Below are positions 1-13,703 of a DNA stretch of 64,000 bases, piece after piece. A model generated the notes under the pieces. It was not told the origin of the DNA and ran no database searches. It was given only the letters and a program-made list of their open reading frames with translations. Source of the DNA: Malacoraja senta. Taxonomy: Eukaryota. Location of the stretch: assembly GCA_038087875.1 (NCBI GenBank), contig CM075991.1, positions 11,968,001 to 12,032,000 on the forward strand. Reading direction: 5' to 3'. A program made the position numbers and the translations under genes. Position 1 is the stretch's first letter. The number at the start of each line of letters is the position of its first letter.

Positions 1-1582
1 AACCGTGTAATAAACAGTGCAGAAAATTAGTGTAATTTTTAAGGTGTGTTTTTGAGGGGAGAAGGGATTCGGAGGGAATTGGCAAAATTAGGGTGTTGTC
101 ATTTAAAAGAACAGGGATGGTAGATCAATAGAATTAGGAATACAGAAGAAGCTGATGGGGCAGATGCTGAGTTGTTTTTTCTCAGGTGCAGACTCTTGAA
201 TTACAGGTCATAATTAGAGGATAAGATGGCAATAATTAAAGACAGATGATAAAGGGAATGTTCTCGACTTCCAATTTATTTTTAAAAAATAAATTAAAAA
301 AAAATGTTTTAAACCAAATGTTTGTAGGTTCTCTTTTCTTGCCTGATCCACAATGGAATTGAGTTGGGGCCTGAAGGAAATTGACAGATATGAAAGTCGA
401 GTTACTGGTGAAGTTCCTGTTGACTTGTGGAGCAATCTTGATGGATAAATAGTTTGCTCCTGCCATTATGTATGTCTCTGAGATCTAAGACAGGAAAAGT
501 GAAAACATTGCATTGGATCTCTGTTTCAACTTGGGACCAATCTAGCATTCCGATTCTGAATTGTTTTCAAGCTACTCTACTTGAAGTGTGTGTTTTCTTT
601 TAATGCTGTCAGTGTATTGCCTCCTTAATTATACTTGATTATCTCTAATGGGCAGGCCAACTATTTGCATGCCTGATAGCAGACTCCTGAAATAGACATT
701 TTATTCTGAGCTATGACACGGGAAGAAATGACCAGGTGGATGCAGCAAATGACGTGCAAATATTTTCCAAGTCGCCTTGCCGAAAGTCACATTCCTACTG
801 ATCAGTGTGGGTTTACCCATCATCCCAATACTGCTTTAAAAAGAGCATTCAGGAAGGTGTTGAGAGCCTCAAAATAATTTGCTCTGAGTGCACAGAAGCC
901 TAACATAAATAGTGGAACAAATCTTCCAACCACCTCCTACCCCACCTGTGACTGCAACTCTTGGAACCAAGGGACTGATTGGCTGTTTCTTCATTAAACG
1001 ACATATAAATGCTTCTTTTGTGATGGTTATTGTTACCTGTAGATTAGGACGACCTAGCATATGATGGAGAGTATTTGAGATAAATGTATTTTCCTTCTGA
1101 AATGAAATCTGAGCAGTGGTGTGGTGTACCACTGGGCAGCCATCTTAAGTTATATATAGAGGATCACTTAAGTTATATATAGAGCAGTGTTTGATGAACT
1201 TGTTGAAGTAATTTAATCATGGTTGTGATGCCGAGTAAATATCAGCAGAGCCCAGGGATAAAATTACTGCTCTGATCTTACGGATGTTTAGGAGGGTCTC
1301 GACCCGAAACGTCACCCATTCCTTCGTTCCAGGGATGCTACATGACCCGCTGAGTTACTCCAGCATTTTGTGTCGACCTTTTTCAAGTCTGCCATCATTT
1401 CAGGCTTCTTTGAAGACCCTTCTTTAGACTCTTTTCTGAATACATTAAAGTAGAAACTACTTGGGTGGATTTGGAATTCCTTTGGGGGTTTTGTTTAATT
1501 AGCTACTTTTCACCATCTTTACCATTTCATTTCTTCCTTTTGACTGAGTCGATGTGTATTGTGAACTGTTTTTATTCTTTAG

Positions 1583-1747
<165 letters not shown>

Positions 1748-2043
1748 TGAGCAAAGTTAAGGAAGATCGCAGAACGTTAGCCCCATTTCAGGGCAAGGCA
1801 TACAATACTTCAGTCAGTAGTTGTTGCACAGGTTGCTTAAGTGAGTTATTGCTACCCCTGCACAGTGTTTCAGTTCCTTCACTCCGTGCATCCAATGGAA
1901 TTATTTCTACATGTTGTATCCCTGCCATATGCCTCTGAGACAACCGTTATAACGAGAGGCAGTGCCATGTCCTGGATCAAATGGAGAAGCGGGGCATGTC
2001 TATATCGGAGCACTTTGTATTTTTTATCTGGACTAACATTAAG

Positions 2044-2185
2044 TAATACTGAGGGACCCCTGCATTATTGGAGGTGCCATCTTTGAGATGATAATAGACA
2101 ATAGACAATGATGTACTAAATCAAGACTTATTTATTCCAGCTTTAGATGGATCTTTTACAATCCCATGGCATTATGTAAAGAAGT
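2044..2185 (+). mobile_element. Old DeuSINE (Deu-domain/SacSINE-AmnSINE-like) relic
   Basis: GGAGGTGCCATCTTTGAGATGA ... ATCCCATGGCATTATG resembles the Deu-domain consensus as I recall it. Confidence 0.55.
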
Positions 2186-2725
2186 TTTTTTTTAAATTTT
2201 TATAAATTTTGTGGTTTTAATTTATCAAAACCCTTGGCCAAGGCACTTACAGAATCTATGACATTTGTCTGTGCCAGGACACACACTTTCACTGCCTCCT
2301 CCGCCTCTCCATGGAGAGGTGACATCTCTAATAAACAGTGCTGCAATTGAACATTAACCCAGAATTTGCACTAAAGCCACGGAGAGAACCTGATATCTTC
2401 AACCTACCTTGGGCAAAACCCACTTTCCATCATTTTGCCTTTTAATTTGGCCTCTTTGGTCAAATATAATATATTTGAACACTTGTATCCTCCAGTCTCA
2501 AGTGGCATCCCAAAACATTATTGAAGACAAATTATGATTTGCCCTGTGAACATGCTGTATATGTATATCATGGTATGTGTTACACCATTGAAGTTAAAAG
2601 TTTCAGCTGTACAAGTCAGAACTTGGTCGTTGCAGAACTGACTTAAACTTAAATGATTCACACATTAACTTGTGCAATTAAAATGCAACTCTGAATGCTG
2701 CCAACTTTTATTTAATTTCTTGTAG

Positions 2726-2887
2726 GGTTCTGGTTGGTCTGGACTATAATCATCATGCTTAGCTGTTGCTGTGCTTATCGCCACCGGCGGGTGAAACTCC
2801 GACTGCAACAGGAGCAGCGACAGAGGGAGATCAGTTTGATGGCCTACCAGGGTGCCAGCACATACACAACACAACCACTGGATTTAA
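2726..2887 (+). CDS. WBP1: WBP1 coding exon (transmembrane helix, Cys cluster, basic/Gln stretch)
   Basis: Bounded by ttgtag| and |gtgag. Translates (W)FWLVWTIIIMLSCCCAYRHRRVKLRLQQEQRQREISLMAYQGASTYTTQPLDL; frame is continuous. Confidence 0.95.
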
Positions 2888-3711
2888 GTGAGCATACTAG
2901 TTTTATTAAACCATTGCAGAGACACATTATTATGCAGCAATGTAAGTCCTAAATCAATTTTTAAAATTATATTGATAAAATAGAATATGCTGGAGTGCAT
3001 AGGGTATCAATGTAAAAATGACCTGCTATGATTACGAAGGGCATTGGTCAGATCACACCTGGAGTAAAAGTACTTTTATATTCCTTTAAATTCATTGTGA
3101 AGGAGCAATAGATTTACATTGGAGGTCATTGTTAAAAAGATCAGTGGGTAGATTCCTTGGGTAAAGGAGTTGTCTTATGAGGAATGATTGGTGTTTGTAA
3201 GAATGAGGTGATATAACTGAAAGGAAGGAATCAAAGCAAACGACTACTGATGCTGGCAATCTGAAACAAAGGTTGAATGGGTTTGATAAAATATCTGATT
3301 GATTTTATCCCCTCGTGGGGAAGTTTACAACTGGGGGATATTAGCTCAAAATAACGGGTCATCCCTTAACATTAGTGACGCGGAGAATTTCTTCAGCGGC
3401 TTGTGAATTCTCTACCTCCAATCAGTCGGAGCTGAGAGAGACTGACTAGTTAATTATCTGTTGGCAGTGTCCAAAACAGCAGGTCTGTAACAAAAAATGT
3501 AGTCATGTTTTTGGTATCACTTTAAGACTAAAGAAAAAGGTGTGCCAAAACTTGTGGAAATTGCAGTTTGTTTCTGAATGGAGAGCTGAAAGAATTGGTT
3601 GCTTTTTTTTCTTGCTGCTGTGCTGCACCTGCTACTGGTAGGTACTGAAATGATCCTTTGTTCTCCAATACTTAACCTTGAGTACAATTATGGTCAGTAT
3701 TGCAATAGTTT

Positions 3712-4000
3712 AATTTAGACACACAGCATGGAAACATGCCCTGCGGCCCACCAAGTCTATGCCGACCAATGATCACCCATACGCTGGTGTCTTGTCCTAC
3801 ACACTAGGAACAATTTGCAGAAGCTAATTTACCTACAAACCTGCACGTCTTTGGAATGTAGGAGGAAGCCGAAGCACACGGAGAAAACTCACATGGTCAC
3901 GGGAGAACGCATAAACTCCGTACAGACAGCACCCATAGTTGGGTATTGAACCCGGATCTCTGGCGCAGTAAGGCAGCAGCTCTACTGCTGCGCCACTCCG
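3712..4000 (-). mobile_element. HE1-type (V-SINE) tRNA-derived SINE
   Basis: Reverse complement has the head GTGGCGCAGCAGTAGAGCTGCTGCCTTAC and core GGTGCTGTCTGTACGGAGTT...GGCTTCCTCCTACATTCCAAAGAC, shared with the many other copies in the window. Confidence 0.85.
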
Positions 4001-4118
4001 CTGCCTCCACTGTGTTACCCCAAATATATATTTAACACATCCCATACTTAATTAAAATGACAAGACATGTGGCAACAGTGGCATTTCACTGGTTAATTCT
4101 TTGTTTTCCCCCTTTTAG

Positions 4119-4714
4119 GGTTCTGGGCAAACTGTAAGCTTCCAGACTACGAAGAGGTGGCAGGCCACCCTCCAACACCCCCTCCCCCCTACACTGAATT
4201 ACAACAGCAAAACGCACAAACCTCTAGCCAAGAAAATGCAGTTGTGGAGAGCCAGCCTGCGCTGCCAGAGTCTGCAGCACCAGTGCAAGAGGATGAGCCA
4301 ACAATACAAGAAGTGGAGTCCAGCTCATCTGCTTGCCAACAGGAAGAGGAGCATGATGCTTCTGCCGACAGCTCTTCCAGTGAGCGAGAAAACGGTGATA
4401 CCATTCAAAATGAGGAATCTGCTGATTTTAAGACCTTGGAGATGGATTCCCATTTGTGTGATCAAGGGGAAATGAAGGAAGATAACTCCTCGCGGCAGAG
4501 ACGGATCACTGGAGACTCTGGCATCGAGGTGTGTGTCTGCCAAATGGACGAGGACCCTTACCATGAGGATGTGGGGCTGATGGATGGTGGTGCCCAAGGG
4601 TGTTGTGAACCCCAGTCATCCTGCAACTCGCAAGTCTTCAAACAGGCTCAAAACATGCAGCCAAAACAATGTTCTACAAAAGAACCAGAGGAAAAGAACA
4701 GTGACATAGCGTAA
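4119..4714 (+). CDS. WBP1: WBP1 last coding exon (PY motifs, acidic tail)
   Basis: ccttttag| acceptor. Translates (R)FWANCKLPDYEEVAGHPPTPPPPYTE...RRITGDSGIEVCVC...DIA*. The LPxY and PPxY motifs and the TGDSGIE motif are typical of WBP1/WBP1L. Confidence 0.93.
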
Positions 4715-6510
4715 ATGTGCCAATGTTACTGGTACTCGAGTTGAACAGATGGTGCAATCTATGACTGCTGACTGTTAAGCATTAATTCTGGGCTTGCAAC
4801 ATGTTTTCCATAAGGCGCCCCAAGTAAATCAGGTGAAACATGCAGTCTATAGACACAGTTTGTGATTTGTGCAGGATTTCACAATTGGATGGCCTGCAAA
4901 TAGTCCAGATTTCATGTTGGCATTTAAAAAAAATGTGGTAGCAATATAATGCGTTGATAATTTTCAAACCTTTGTCATTGGAGCCTCTTATTGGAAAAAT
5001 TTGAGGTTTGTTTTGCCATTTAAAGCAAACTCACTCCATTTTTTGTTTTAAACTTTGTCATGGTGGATAGGGGGTGGGAGCTTTCTCTAACCTCTCAGTA
5101 TGTTTAGAGTGGCAATTGAATCTTTTGGCCAGACCTCTTCCATTGCTGTTGTGTATTTTTTTGGGATGTGCAAGAGTTTCTCAGGCTACTTTAACTAAAG
5201 GTATCACTGATCTTCCTCCTTGCAGTGTGCATGTCGCTTCCTATAGAGTTCTGGGCATAAGGCCTGCCTAGAATTGGCTGGTCAGTATGTGGTGAGTCTG
5301 TGCCCTGTGGTGCAGCAAGTTGACTGGTTTACTGCCATAACCCAACAGTTTTTCATCGCTTGAGTAATAATTTATTAAAAGATGAATATGTTGGATTGCC
5401 ACATGTTGCCCATCTGAAACTCTCCTGCTCCTGGTTATTCCTTTAAACAGGAGGCTTAGTTTTAATAAAAAGGTGTTTAGACTGCACTAATGCATTGCAC
5501 ATTTAAATATGTTTACTTTTGAGTTTAATTTTAGATTTGCATTAAGTATATTTCTGTGGTACTTTGGTATAAGGTTAACTAAACAAAACACCTTTTACCA
5601 TTTGAATGTTGATATGCTAAAAGATATACCAAACTTTTTTTTTCATACTAGGTATAGCGTCTCCATTTTAAAAAAAGAAGCCAAACTTGAGGCAATCAGT
5701 TGTAGGGTAGTGGTACAGTTTGTATCAGAAGGAAGGAAGTGTTAGATGTTCACTGTGTTTTGCAGGTATTCTGCCAATTGATGCATAGCCTGTGACACTG
5801 GGATTCCAGCGACTCAGGGTGTTTAATATTTGCATCTAAATTATGAAAAGTATGCAGTAGTTATGTTTCCAATTCTTCTCTCTGGGCTAAGAACATTTTG
5901 GATTATATAGCAATTGAAATACTGCCAGGTACAGGAATGTTTCTGCGGGGGAGCAACTGTAGATGTTAATCACTGACAATGTTAATACATTGGCTCCAGT
6001 GTGTTGTTTCTCCCATTGAAAATGTAGGCAATAACCCTGTGAAACTTTATTTCAGCCTTTGGATAGTTATAACAATTTAAGTCGAGTAGGTACAGCATTG
6101 TGTAGGAATGTACAACCTTAAGTACTTCAATTTACTTATTCCACTTTGGAGGGTGGAAGGCATCCAGTATATCGAGTTAGGACTTGATTGCATTGAAATA
6201 AAATAAAAAAGCATTACAAGACCTATAAGCAAAAATAGAATTTTCCTAAAAATTAGAATCTGTAAACTTTCAATTATGTGATGCTGCAATTTGCAAATAT
6301 TCTCTGTGGATTCTGCCAGTCCTGTATTCTGTTCCTCCTTCCATTTATAATGAAAAGCCAATCTTGTGAGTGCCTAAAATGCTGCTAAACAAACACGATG
6401 GAAAGGTAAAAAGGAAGTTGAGTTGAATAAAACAAAATCATGTTTTTAAAAAAAAGTTCAACCAACCGTAAATGCACAAGAATAAATCTGTCTTCAGCTT
6501 TATTACTGAT
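4715..6510 (+). other. WBP1: Probable WBP1 3' UTR with poly(A) signals
   Basis: AT-rich, TE-free stretch after the stop. AATAAA at 6426-6431 and 6481-6486 is followed by GU/U-rich sequence; an earlier AATAAA lies at 5464. Confidence 0.6.
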
Positions 6511-7852
6511 GACTTGGTCTTTTGTTTATAAAATATTTAATAGAAGGAAGGGCATAAGAATAATTGATGCCTTGCAAGGAAGTGAAATGTTTTGAAAAGG
6601 CAAGAGGATCCTGGGAGGCACAAATGGTGAGTTTTAAAATAAATCATCAAATTAGATGTTGATTATAGCGCAATAAAATGAGCAAAGAGTGGAGCACATC
6701 ATTTCAGTTGCACTCTGAACACAATCAATTATTGGTTGACAAGTTGCAGCCTGTGTCAAAATTGAAAAGCCGTATCTGCAATAGGTATTTAATAATGAAA
6801 TCCAGCCCTGATGGAAACTTTTTTGTTCAGTGCTATATTAAAGTGGGTAAAATTTGCACTTGCAGCTTATGCATAACTACTCAGTTTAGACTCCAATTCG
6901 GGGGGAGGCGAGAAAGCAGCGTTCTGTGAACTGACCTGCCAATGAATGACATTGAAAGCAGTCAGAGACTGTTTGAATTGTACGACAGGCCCAACAGCCC
7001 ACCTGATCTGTGCTGACCATGTTTGGTGAAATATGAAGTGAAACAAAATGTAGCCATTACATGAAACGGAACTTGAGAGTTTAAGTAATCCAACCTGGTT
7101 GCCATTTTTGTGGATGTGAACAGCTATTTAAAAAAAAAGAGATCTCTTTTGAACAAAGGAAGTGACGTCTTGAGGCCTTTACATGTTGGTATTTATAAAA
7201 GATGGGAAATGAGTTAACAAAACTAAAGGGGTCCCCTAAATTGGCTCAGGAGAACTTCAAAGGCTGGTCAGATGGGAGAAATGGCACATTGTGGCCATAT
7301 TGTTATTAAGGAGAAAAAAAGATGATGAGAAAAAATTCTTTTGGGTAAAGAATTCCATAATACAATGAAGGATTGAAAGGGACAGTTGTAATTTCAAGGT
7401 TTTGAACATTCACACCTGAGCAAAATAGAAATAATTAGCCTGAACTTGGAGAGCAGATGATACAGGCAATTGAACAATTCTTTCAATGACTTTTTATGTA
7501 AAGAATTGGTTGTCCTTTTAAATATTATTTTAAAGGGAGGTCATTTTTGCAGTCACGGAGTACTGTTATATTTTGATGCCTTTTTAATATGAAATATTTT
7601 AATTTTGTAATTTGATAGGGACACTGATAGAAATGCATGTTCTATGGTGTGATTCATTGTACTCTGAATTACAGTGCTGAAGTCTTTTATATATTAAATA
7701 AATGAAAACTTTCTTTGCTGCTACTTGCAATTATGAATTGAGTTATTTTTATCACATTAGGATTTGATGACAAACAGTCCTGTCTGATTCTGGGTGTAGT
7801 TATGAAACTAGTGAAAAATATGTTGTGATGTATAGGATGAACATCACATACT

Positions 7853-8070
7853 AGGGATGGCACAGCTGGTAGAGACCTGGGTTCGATCCTGACCTTGGGT
7901 GCTGTCTATGTGGAGTTTGCATGGGTTTCCCTTGGTGCTCTAGTTTCCTCCCACATCTGAAAGACGTGCAGGTTCGTAGGTTAATTGGCAATGCGTAATA
8001 ATCGCCCCTAGTGTGTAGGGAGTGGATGAGAGAATGGGATAACCAATGTGAATGTATGATTGCTGAACAA
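7853..8070 (+). mobile_element. HE1-type SINE, interrupted by a CR1/HER1 3' fragment (~8070-8235) and resuming to ~8420
   Basis: GGGTTCGATCCTGACC B-box-like motif, V-SINE core, CTAAA tail. Confidence 0.75.
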
Positions 8071-9469
8071 GTCATTGGGTATTTTTAAGGCATAGATTGA
8101 CAGGTTCTTGATTAGTAAGGCTGTCGAGGGTTGCAGGGTGAAGGCTGGAGAATGGGGTTGAGGGAGAAAGATCTGTGATAGAATGACGGAGTTGATTCAA
8201 ATGGCCTAATTGTGCTCCTATGACTTGTGAACTTGTGGTCAGTATGGACTCTGTGGGGCCAAAGGGCTATATCTCGAAACAAAACTAAAATCAGAATCAA
8301 CATTGTAAAGAAATATAGTAAAGCTGAGATCAAAGTGGGATAACAGAACTAGTGTGAACAGGTGATCGAAGGTCGGTATGGGCTTGGTAGGCTGAAGGTA
8401 TGCTGTATCACTAAACTAAAATCAATTCCAATTCCAATTCAATCATCCATGCATCACGTCCTTCTGCCTTGTGGCTGACCCACTTATCCCAAACCTCTGG
8501 CCACAAAATTGGCTGAGCAGAGCTGTTATTTTCCCAGAACCCTGGGTTAAAAAAAAGATATTTGCAAATCAAACACCCAAGTTGGTGCCATGAATCTTTA
8601 TTGTCGGAGGGCAGTGGGGCACTTTAACAAAGGACTCTTGTGTACTGTAAATGTCAGGCCAGTTGTCTTGTGCTTCAGTGAGCAAGTCAATGATGAGTTA
8701 GAACTCTGCACCCAAATGTGTGCACATGCAAGCATTATCAGGGTTTTACTGTCACTAATGTCTGGCTTTAGCCTTTATTTCACTTTATTAATTTTGATTT
8801 TCCAAGTCTTGCCTTTTGGAATAGGGGCTTTTCGCCTTGCCTCCTCCACCAATTTGTCTGCGCAGCTGAAATCTGTTGCAATATCATCACTGGTTATTAC
8901 ATTCACAAGGTAATATCGTACAGATTTGTAACACAAACCCATATAATAAGATAATAACACTGATCCCTGGAGAAGATGCTATGTGTGAAGAATAACACCT
9001 TGCATCTACTCCACATTTTATATTCCTTTGCCAGGTGAACATCTGTCAATTTAATCCCATTACCTTTAATTTTATTAAGTTATCTTATGTGGTAATTTGT
9101 CAAATATCTTTTGAAGTCCAGGCACGGATCCAAAGAAATTGATTACATTAGTTGAATATAATTTACTCTCAACAAATCCCAGCTGACTTTTATTAGCGGA
9201 GGCACAAGAGACTGCAGACACTGGACTCTTGAGTAAAATGCAAAGTTCTGGAGGAACTTGGCAGGTCAGACAGCATCTGCCAAGGAAATGGACAAATGAA
9301 GATTCTGAAAACACATTCCTGCTCTGAAACGTCACCTGTTCATTCCTTCCTCAGATGCCACCTAACCTACTGAGTTCCACCAGCACTTTGCTTCACTTAT
9401 CAGCCCTTGCCCCCCCCCCCCCCCCCATCTCTCCATATCAATAATCTTTTCCTTGCACTATTATCGCAA

Positions 9470-9990
9470 GGTCATAAATGATGGGAGCAGCATTAGGCCA
9501 TTCGGCCCATCGAGTCTACTCTGCCATTCAATCCTGGCGGATCTATCGCTCCCTCCTAACCCCATTCTCCTGCCTTCTCCCCATAACATTTGACACCTGT
9601 ACTGATCAAGAATCTGTCTCTGCCTTAAAAAATATCCATTCCCTTGGCCTCCAAAGTGGCAAAGAATTCCAGATTCATCACTAACAAAAAGAAATTCCTC
9701 CTCGTATTCCTAAAGGAATGTCCGTTACTTCTGAGGCTATGACCTCTGGTCCTAGATTATCCCACTAGCGGAAACATCCTCTTGTCATCCACTCTATCCA
9801 AGCCTTTCACTATTCAGTCAATTTCAAAGAGGTACCCCCTCATCCTACTAAACTCCAGTGAGTACAGGCCCAGTGCTTTTGAACGCTCATCATATGTTAA
9901 CCCACTCATTCGTGGGATAATTCTTGTAAACCTCATGGTCTCTCTCCAGAGCCAACACACGCTCGGATATGGGGCCCAAAATTGCTCACA
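9470..9990 (-). mobile_element. CR1/HER1-type LINE 3' fragment
   Basis: Minus-strand ORF reads RFTRIIPRMSGLTYDERSKALGLYSLEFSRMRG (CR1/L2 RT C-terminus) and ends in the conserved 3' tail. Confidence 0.85.
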
Positions 9991-11054
9991 ATCTTTAAGT
10001 TTTCTCGATGTTAATGTCAAGCTGGCAGATTTTAATTATCCGCCTCTCCCTTGTCATTGTAACATTAGCAAACCACCATTCCTCTAGCACTACCCTTTTA
10101 TCCAAAGACAATTGTGGTTAGACACCATTCCACTTTCCACATTCCTTGGAATCCTAGAATACATTCCACTCCAACAAGCCACTCTTGTCAGAATTCTAGG
10201 TTGTTAAGTGATGCAAGTCTTTGAGAACTGCCAGTCTCAACTATGTTTCTCTTCCTGGAAAATTACATCATGTGACAGAAAATTACATCATTTGCAGCCT
10301 TGCTTGTGAACATCAACCCAAGCTGAAATGTGAATCCTGTATAAATAAAATAAAGAAGCTTTCTTTCACCTTGTAATTTTGCTCGACTTTGAGCTGCCTC
10401 ACCTCGTGTGTTTCTGATACCTTTTCATACCTTTGTTACATCAGGACCTGGCTCTTCTGAAGTGCTGCTGGCTCCTCTCCATGCATCTACTCTGTCAAGT
10501 TGAGGTCTTGCTGAACTACTGCCACCATCCCAACTAACACCAAGCTCCAACCATTCCTGTTCTTGCTGAAGTACACGGTCTCCCAGATAGGCAAGTCCTT
10601 AATTTTAAAGATCTAATCTTTGTTTGTAAATCTCGCTATCTTTTTCTCCCCTCCCTATCTCTATCCTCCTGCCAAGAGCTAAATAGTTGTCTCCTTTGCT
10701 GAAGATGGTCACAAGGGTGGCAGGTCCCCTGGTGTGGAATGTGAGGTGGTGATTGATGATCCTGCAGATGTAGAAGGGATCTAGCCTGCTCTGGAGCCCG
10801 AGGCATGGTCAAGGACAGGTATGAGTCATGTTGATCAGCTTCTTGAAGTCCTTCCAGTGGGTATTGCTTCTCATTCATGCCAACACAGCCAAACCTTTGA
10901 GTTGCAGCATTTTTTGTCTTTTTGCTCTTTTGACCACACTGTTAAAATCATAGTCAGAGTATGGTCTATGGACAGCTTGATTATAAATCAGCTGACTGGA
11001 TAGCATGCAACAAAAAGCTTTACACTGCACCTCAGTACATGTGACAAACAAAAC

Positions 11055-11370
11055 ATTAGATGCAGCATGGAAACAGGCCCTTCAGTCCACCATTGCATAC
11101 ACTGACCATCAAATGCCTATGTTTAAGACTAAGCCTATCCAGCCCATTTTGTTCTCTCCCCCCCCCCCCCCCAAAACATCTCCCAGACGTTATCCCCTCA
11201 CCCACACACTTGGAAATTTACAGCAGCCAATTAACCTCTGGGATTTGGAATTAAACCGGAGCATACTGAGTCACGAGGAGAACGTGCAAACTCCACGCAT
11301 TCAGCGGCCAAGTTTGGATTGGACCTGGGTCTCTGGAGCTGAGGCAGCTGCTCTACCTGCTGCGCCACCG
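11055..11370 (-). mobile_element. Degenerate HE1-type SINE
   Basis: Reverse-complement head GGTGGCGCAGCAGGTAGAGCAGCTGCCTCA; tail GGGCCTGTTTCCATGCTG. Confidence 0.7.
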
Positions 11371-11589
11371 AGCTGCCCTTGTGTTGTTTGTGAGCAGGTT
11401 TCTGCAATTTGTTAATTTCATCCCGCTTTTCCTATCCTACTCTAATGCATGTTTTCATCCATTTAGTTCTAATAGTTTACACCAGGTTTGTTGGCTCCAG
11501 AAATATAAATACATTGTGTGTTTAGTATTATGCTTTTAAATTCTACTTTTGTGCTGAGGTCTCACTGATCCATCCATCCACTCAGTGTG

Positions 11590-12200
11590 CGATTCTGGTT
11601 GCCCAGCTATAGCAAGGATGTCATTCCAATGGAATGAATGCAGAAGAGATTCACCAGGATGTTTTGTGGGCTTGTGTTATTGGAAGAAGATGCATATGCT
11701 GGGACATTTTTCCTCGGAGTGTAGGAGGCTGAGGGGTGACCTTACTTTGTACAAGATCATTGCGGGATGGATACGGTGAATGCTCACTCTTTTACAGAGA
11801 CAGAGGGTTCTAAAACTAGAGGGCACAGGCTTAAGGTGAGTAGGGAGAGATTTAAGAAGGACCACTGGGCAACTTTTTCCACTTGGAGGCTAGTCCATAT
11901 CTGAAATGAGCCTCCAGAAGAAGCTACAGAAGTGGATATAATTATGACTCTTAAAAGACATTGAGAGTTGCATGGATATTAAGGGTTTCTAAGGGAAGAC
12001 GGGTCTTGACCCAAAACTTCACCCATTCCTTCTCTCCAGAGATGCTGCCTGTCCCACAAAGTTATTCCAGCTTTTTGTGTCTATCTTTAAGGCTTTTTAA
12101 AGGCTATGGGCCAAATGAGACACGCATAATATGCCAACCTAGTTGGCGTGAACAAGGTGGGCTGAAGGGCCTGTTTCTGTGTTGTACAGCACTGACTCTA
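11590..12200 (+). mobile_element. Degenerate CR1/HER1 LINE 3' fragment with a nested fold-back repeat arm
   Basis: ECRRLRGDL and TRGHRLKV-like remnants; 3' tail GGGCTGAAGGGCCTGTTTC. Confidence 0.75.
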
Positions 12201-12681
12201 ACTCTACTTGTACTGCATCCTCAGTACTTTGAATGTAACTGCTATAACGATGATGATTCATGCTCTTGACTCTTCATGTCTCTCACTTCATTTTGAATTC
12301 TGATCACTGTGTTCAAAGGGTCCTTAGACTTCCTCTTGCACTGGTCATTAATAATTCCCAGAATTTTTGAGAGGAGCAGATTAATCAAAAGCAGCCACCA
12401 ATTTGATTGCCTATGTGTGAGCAAGCAACAAGGAGGGAAGCATATTTCATGTTGTCCACATGGATTTTAATAAAGCTTTTTGAGTTCTCACATGTCCAGC
12501 TGGTGAGGTGAGTAAAAGCTTTTGGGATTTGATGTGAAAAGGGTAAATTGGATGAAAAATTGGCTGTGTCAGGAAGGAAATATTTGGTTCTGCTGAAGCT
12601 TTGAACTATTGGTGGGGGAGGTTTCTCATTCAGGGAAACATTTAGAAACTAAAAAGATATGACTGTAGTGCAGCCTAGCAA

Positions 12682-12773
12682 AATAGGTAATGACCACGAG
12701 GGATTTGATGAAGGGATGAAGCATTTCAATAGGTAATGACCACGAGGGATTTGATGAAGGGATGAAGCATTTC
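12682..12773. repeat. Perfect 46-bp tandem duplication (2 copies)
   Basis: AATAGGTAATGACCACGAGGGATTTGATGAAGGGATGAAGCATTTC starts at 12682 and 12728. Confidence 0.95.
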
Positions 12774-12839
12774 AACATTAGAAGGCACCTCCCATTGTGA
12801 TCACAGCAGGAATTTGGGCCCAAGCTGCAGGTAGAGGTT

Positions 12840-13195
12840 GGGAAGGACTTTATTCCTTGAAGTGCAGGAGGTTGAGGGATGATCTTATAGAGGTGTACAA
12901 AATCATGAGGAGAATAGACAGGGTGAATGAACAGAGGCTTTTACCCAGAGGAGTCTTTAATCCAGAGTAGGGGAATCAAAAAACAAAGGATATAGGTTTG
13001 ATGTGAGGGGGGAAAGACTCAATAGAAACATGAAGGACAAGTTTTTCACACAGGTGATGGGTATACAAACGAGCTGCCTGAGAAAGTAGTTGAACTACGT
13101 ACGCTGATGTTTTAAAGACATTTGGACAGGTACAAGGATATAAAAGCTTTAGGATATGGGTAAATGGCCTGTTTCTGTGCTCTATGACTCTGACT
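12840..13195 (+). mobile_element. CR1/HER1 LINE 3' fragment
   Basis: TGCAGGAGGTTGAGGGATGATCTTATAGAGGTGTACAAAATCATGAG and the conserved tail. Confidence 0.8.
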
Positions 13196-13456
13196 AAAGT
13201 TGTTGAGCCAAAACATCATGCAACATTTGCTATGGATAGTTTTTATTGCTGCAAATTGAAATTAATTGCTCATTTGGATTATACCCATTTAAAAGATGTG
13301 CTTGGGAATTAAGCATTCCATGATTTGACTTTAGATGCAGCAACAGTTACATTTGCCTTCCTTGCAAGAGGACATGAGTGTAAGAATAGAAATGTCTTGT
13401 TCAAATTATAGGGCCCTGCTGAGACCATATTTGGAATACTGTGTACAGGTCTGGAT

Positions 13457-13703
13457 GTTGGTCTCCAGGATGGCAGGCTTGTTGTTCAGGAAGAGATTGA
13501 GCAACCTTGGTGTATACAGCCTGGAACTAGAGTACTGTCTAAGTCACCTTTATCCTGCACTCCAAGGAGAGTACACTTGTGATGGAGGATTGAAAAAGTC
13601 ATTGGTTGGTCTCCAGGATGGCAGGCTTGTTGTTCAGGAAGAGATTGAGCAACCTTGGTGTATACAGCCTGGAACTAGAGTACTGTCTAAGTCACCTTTA
13701 TCC
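13457..13703. repeat. 99-bp direct duplication (13457-13555 and 13605-13703) within an old LINE relic
   Basis: GTTGGTCTCCAGGATGGCAGG...GTCACCTTTATCC occurs twice, 148 bp apart. Upstream sequence encodes RPYLEYCVQVW (CR1 RT motif). Confidence 0.9.

Noticed and set aside
7158..7169. ETS-CRE-like GGAAGTGACGTC
   Set aside because: An isolated motif in AT-rich intergenic DNA with no other promoter features.
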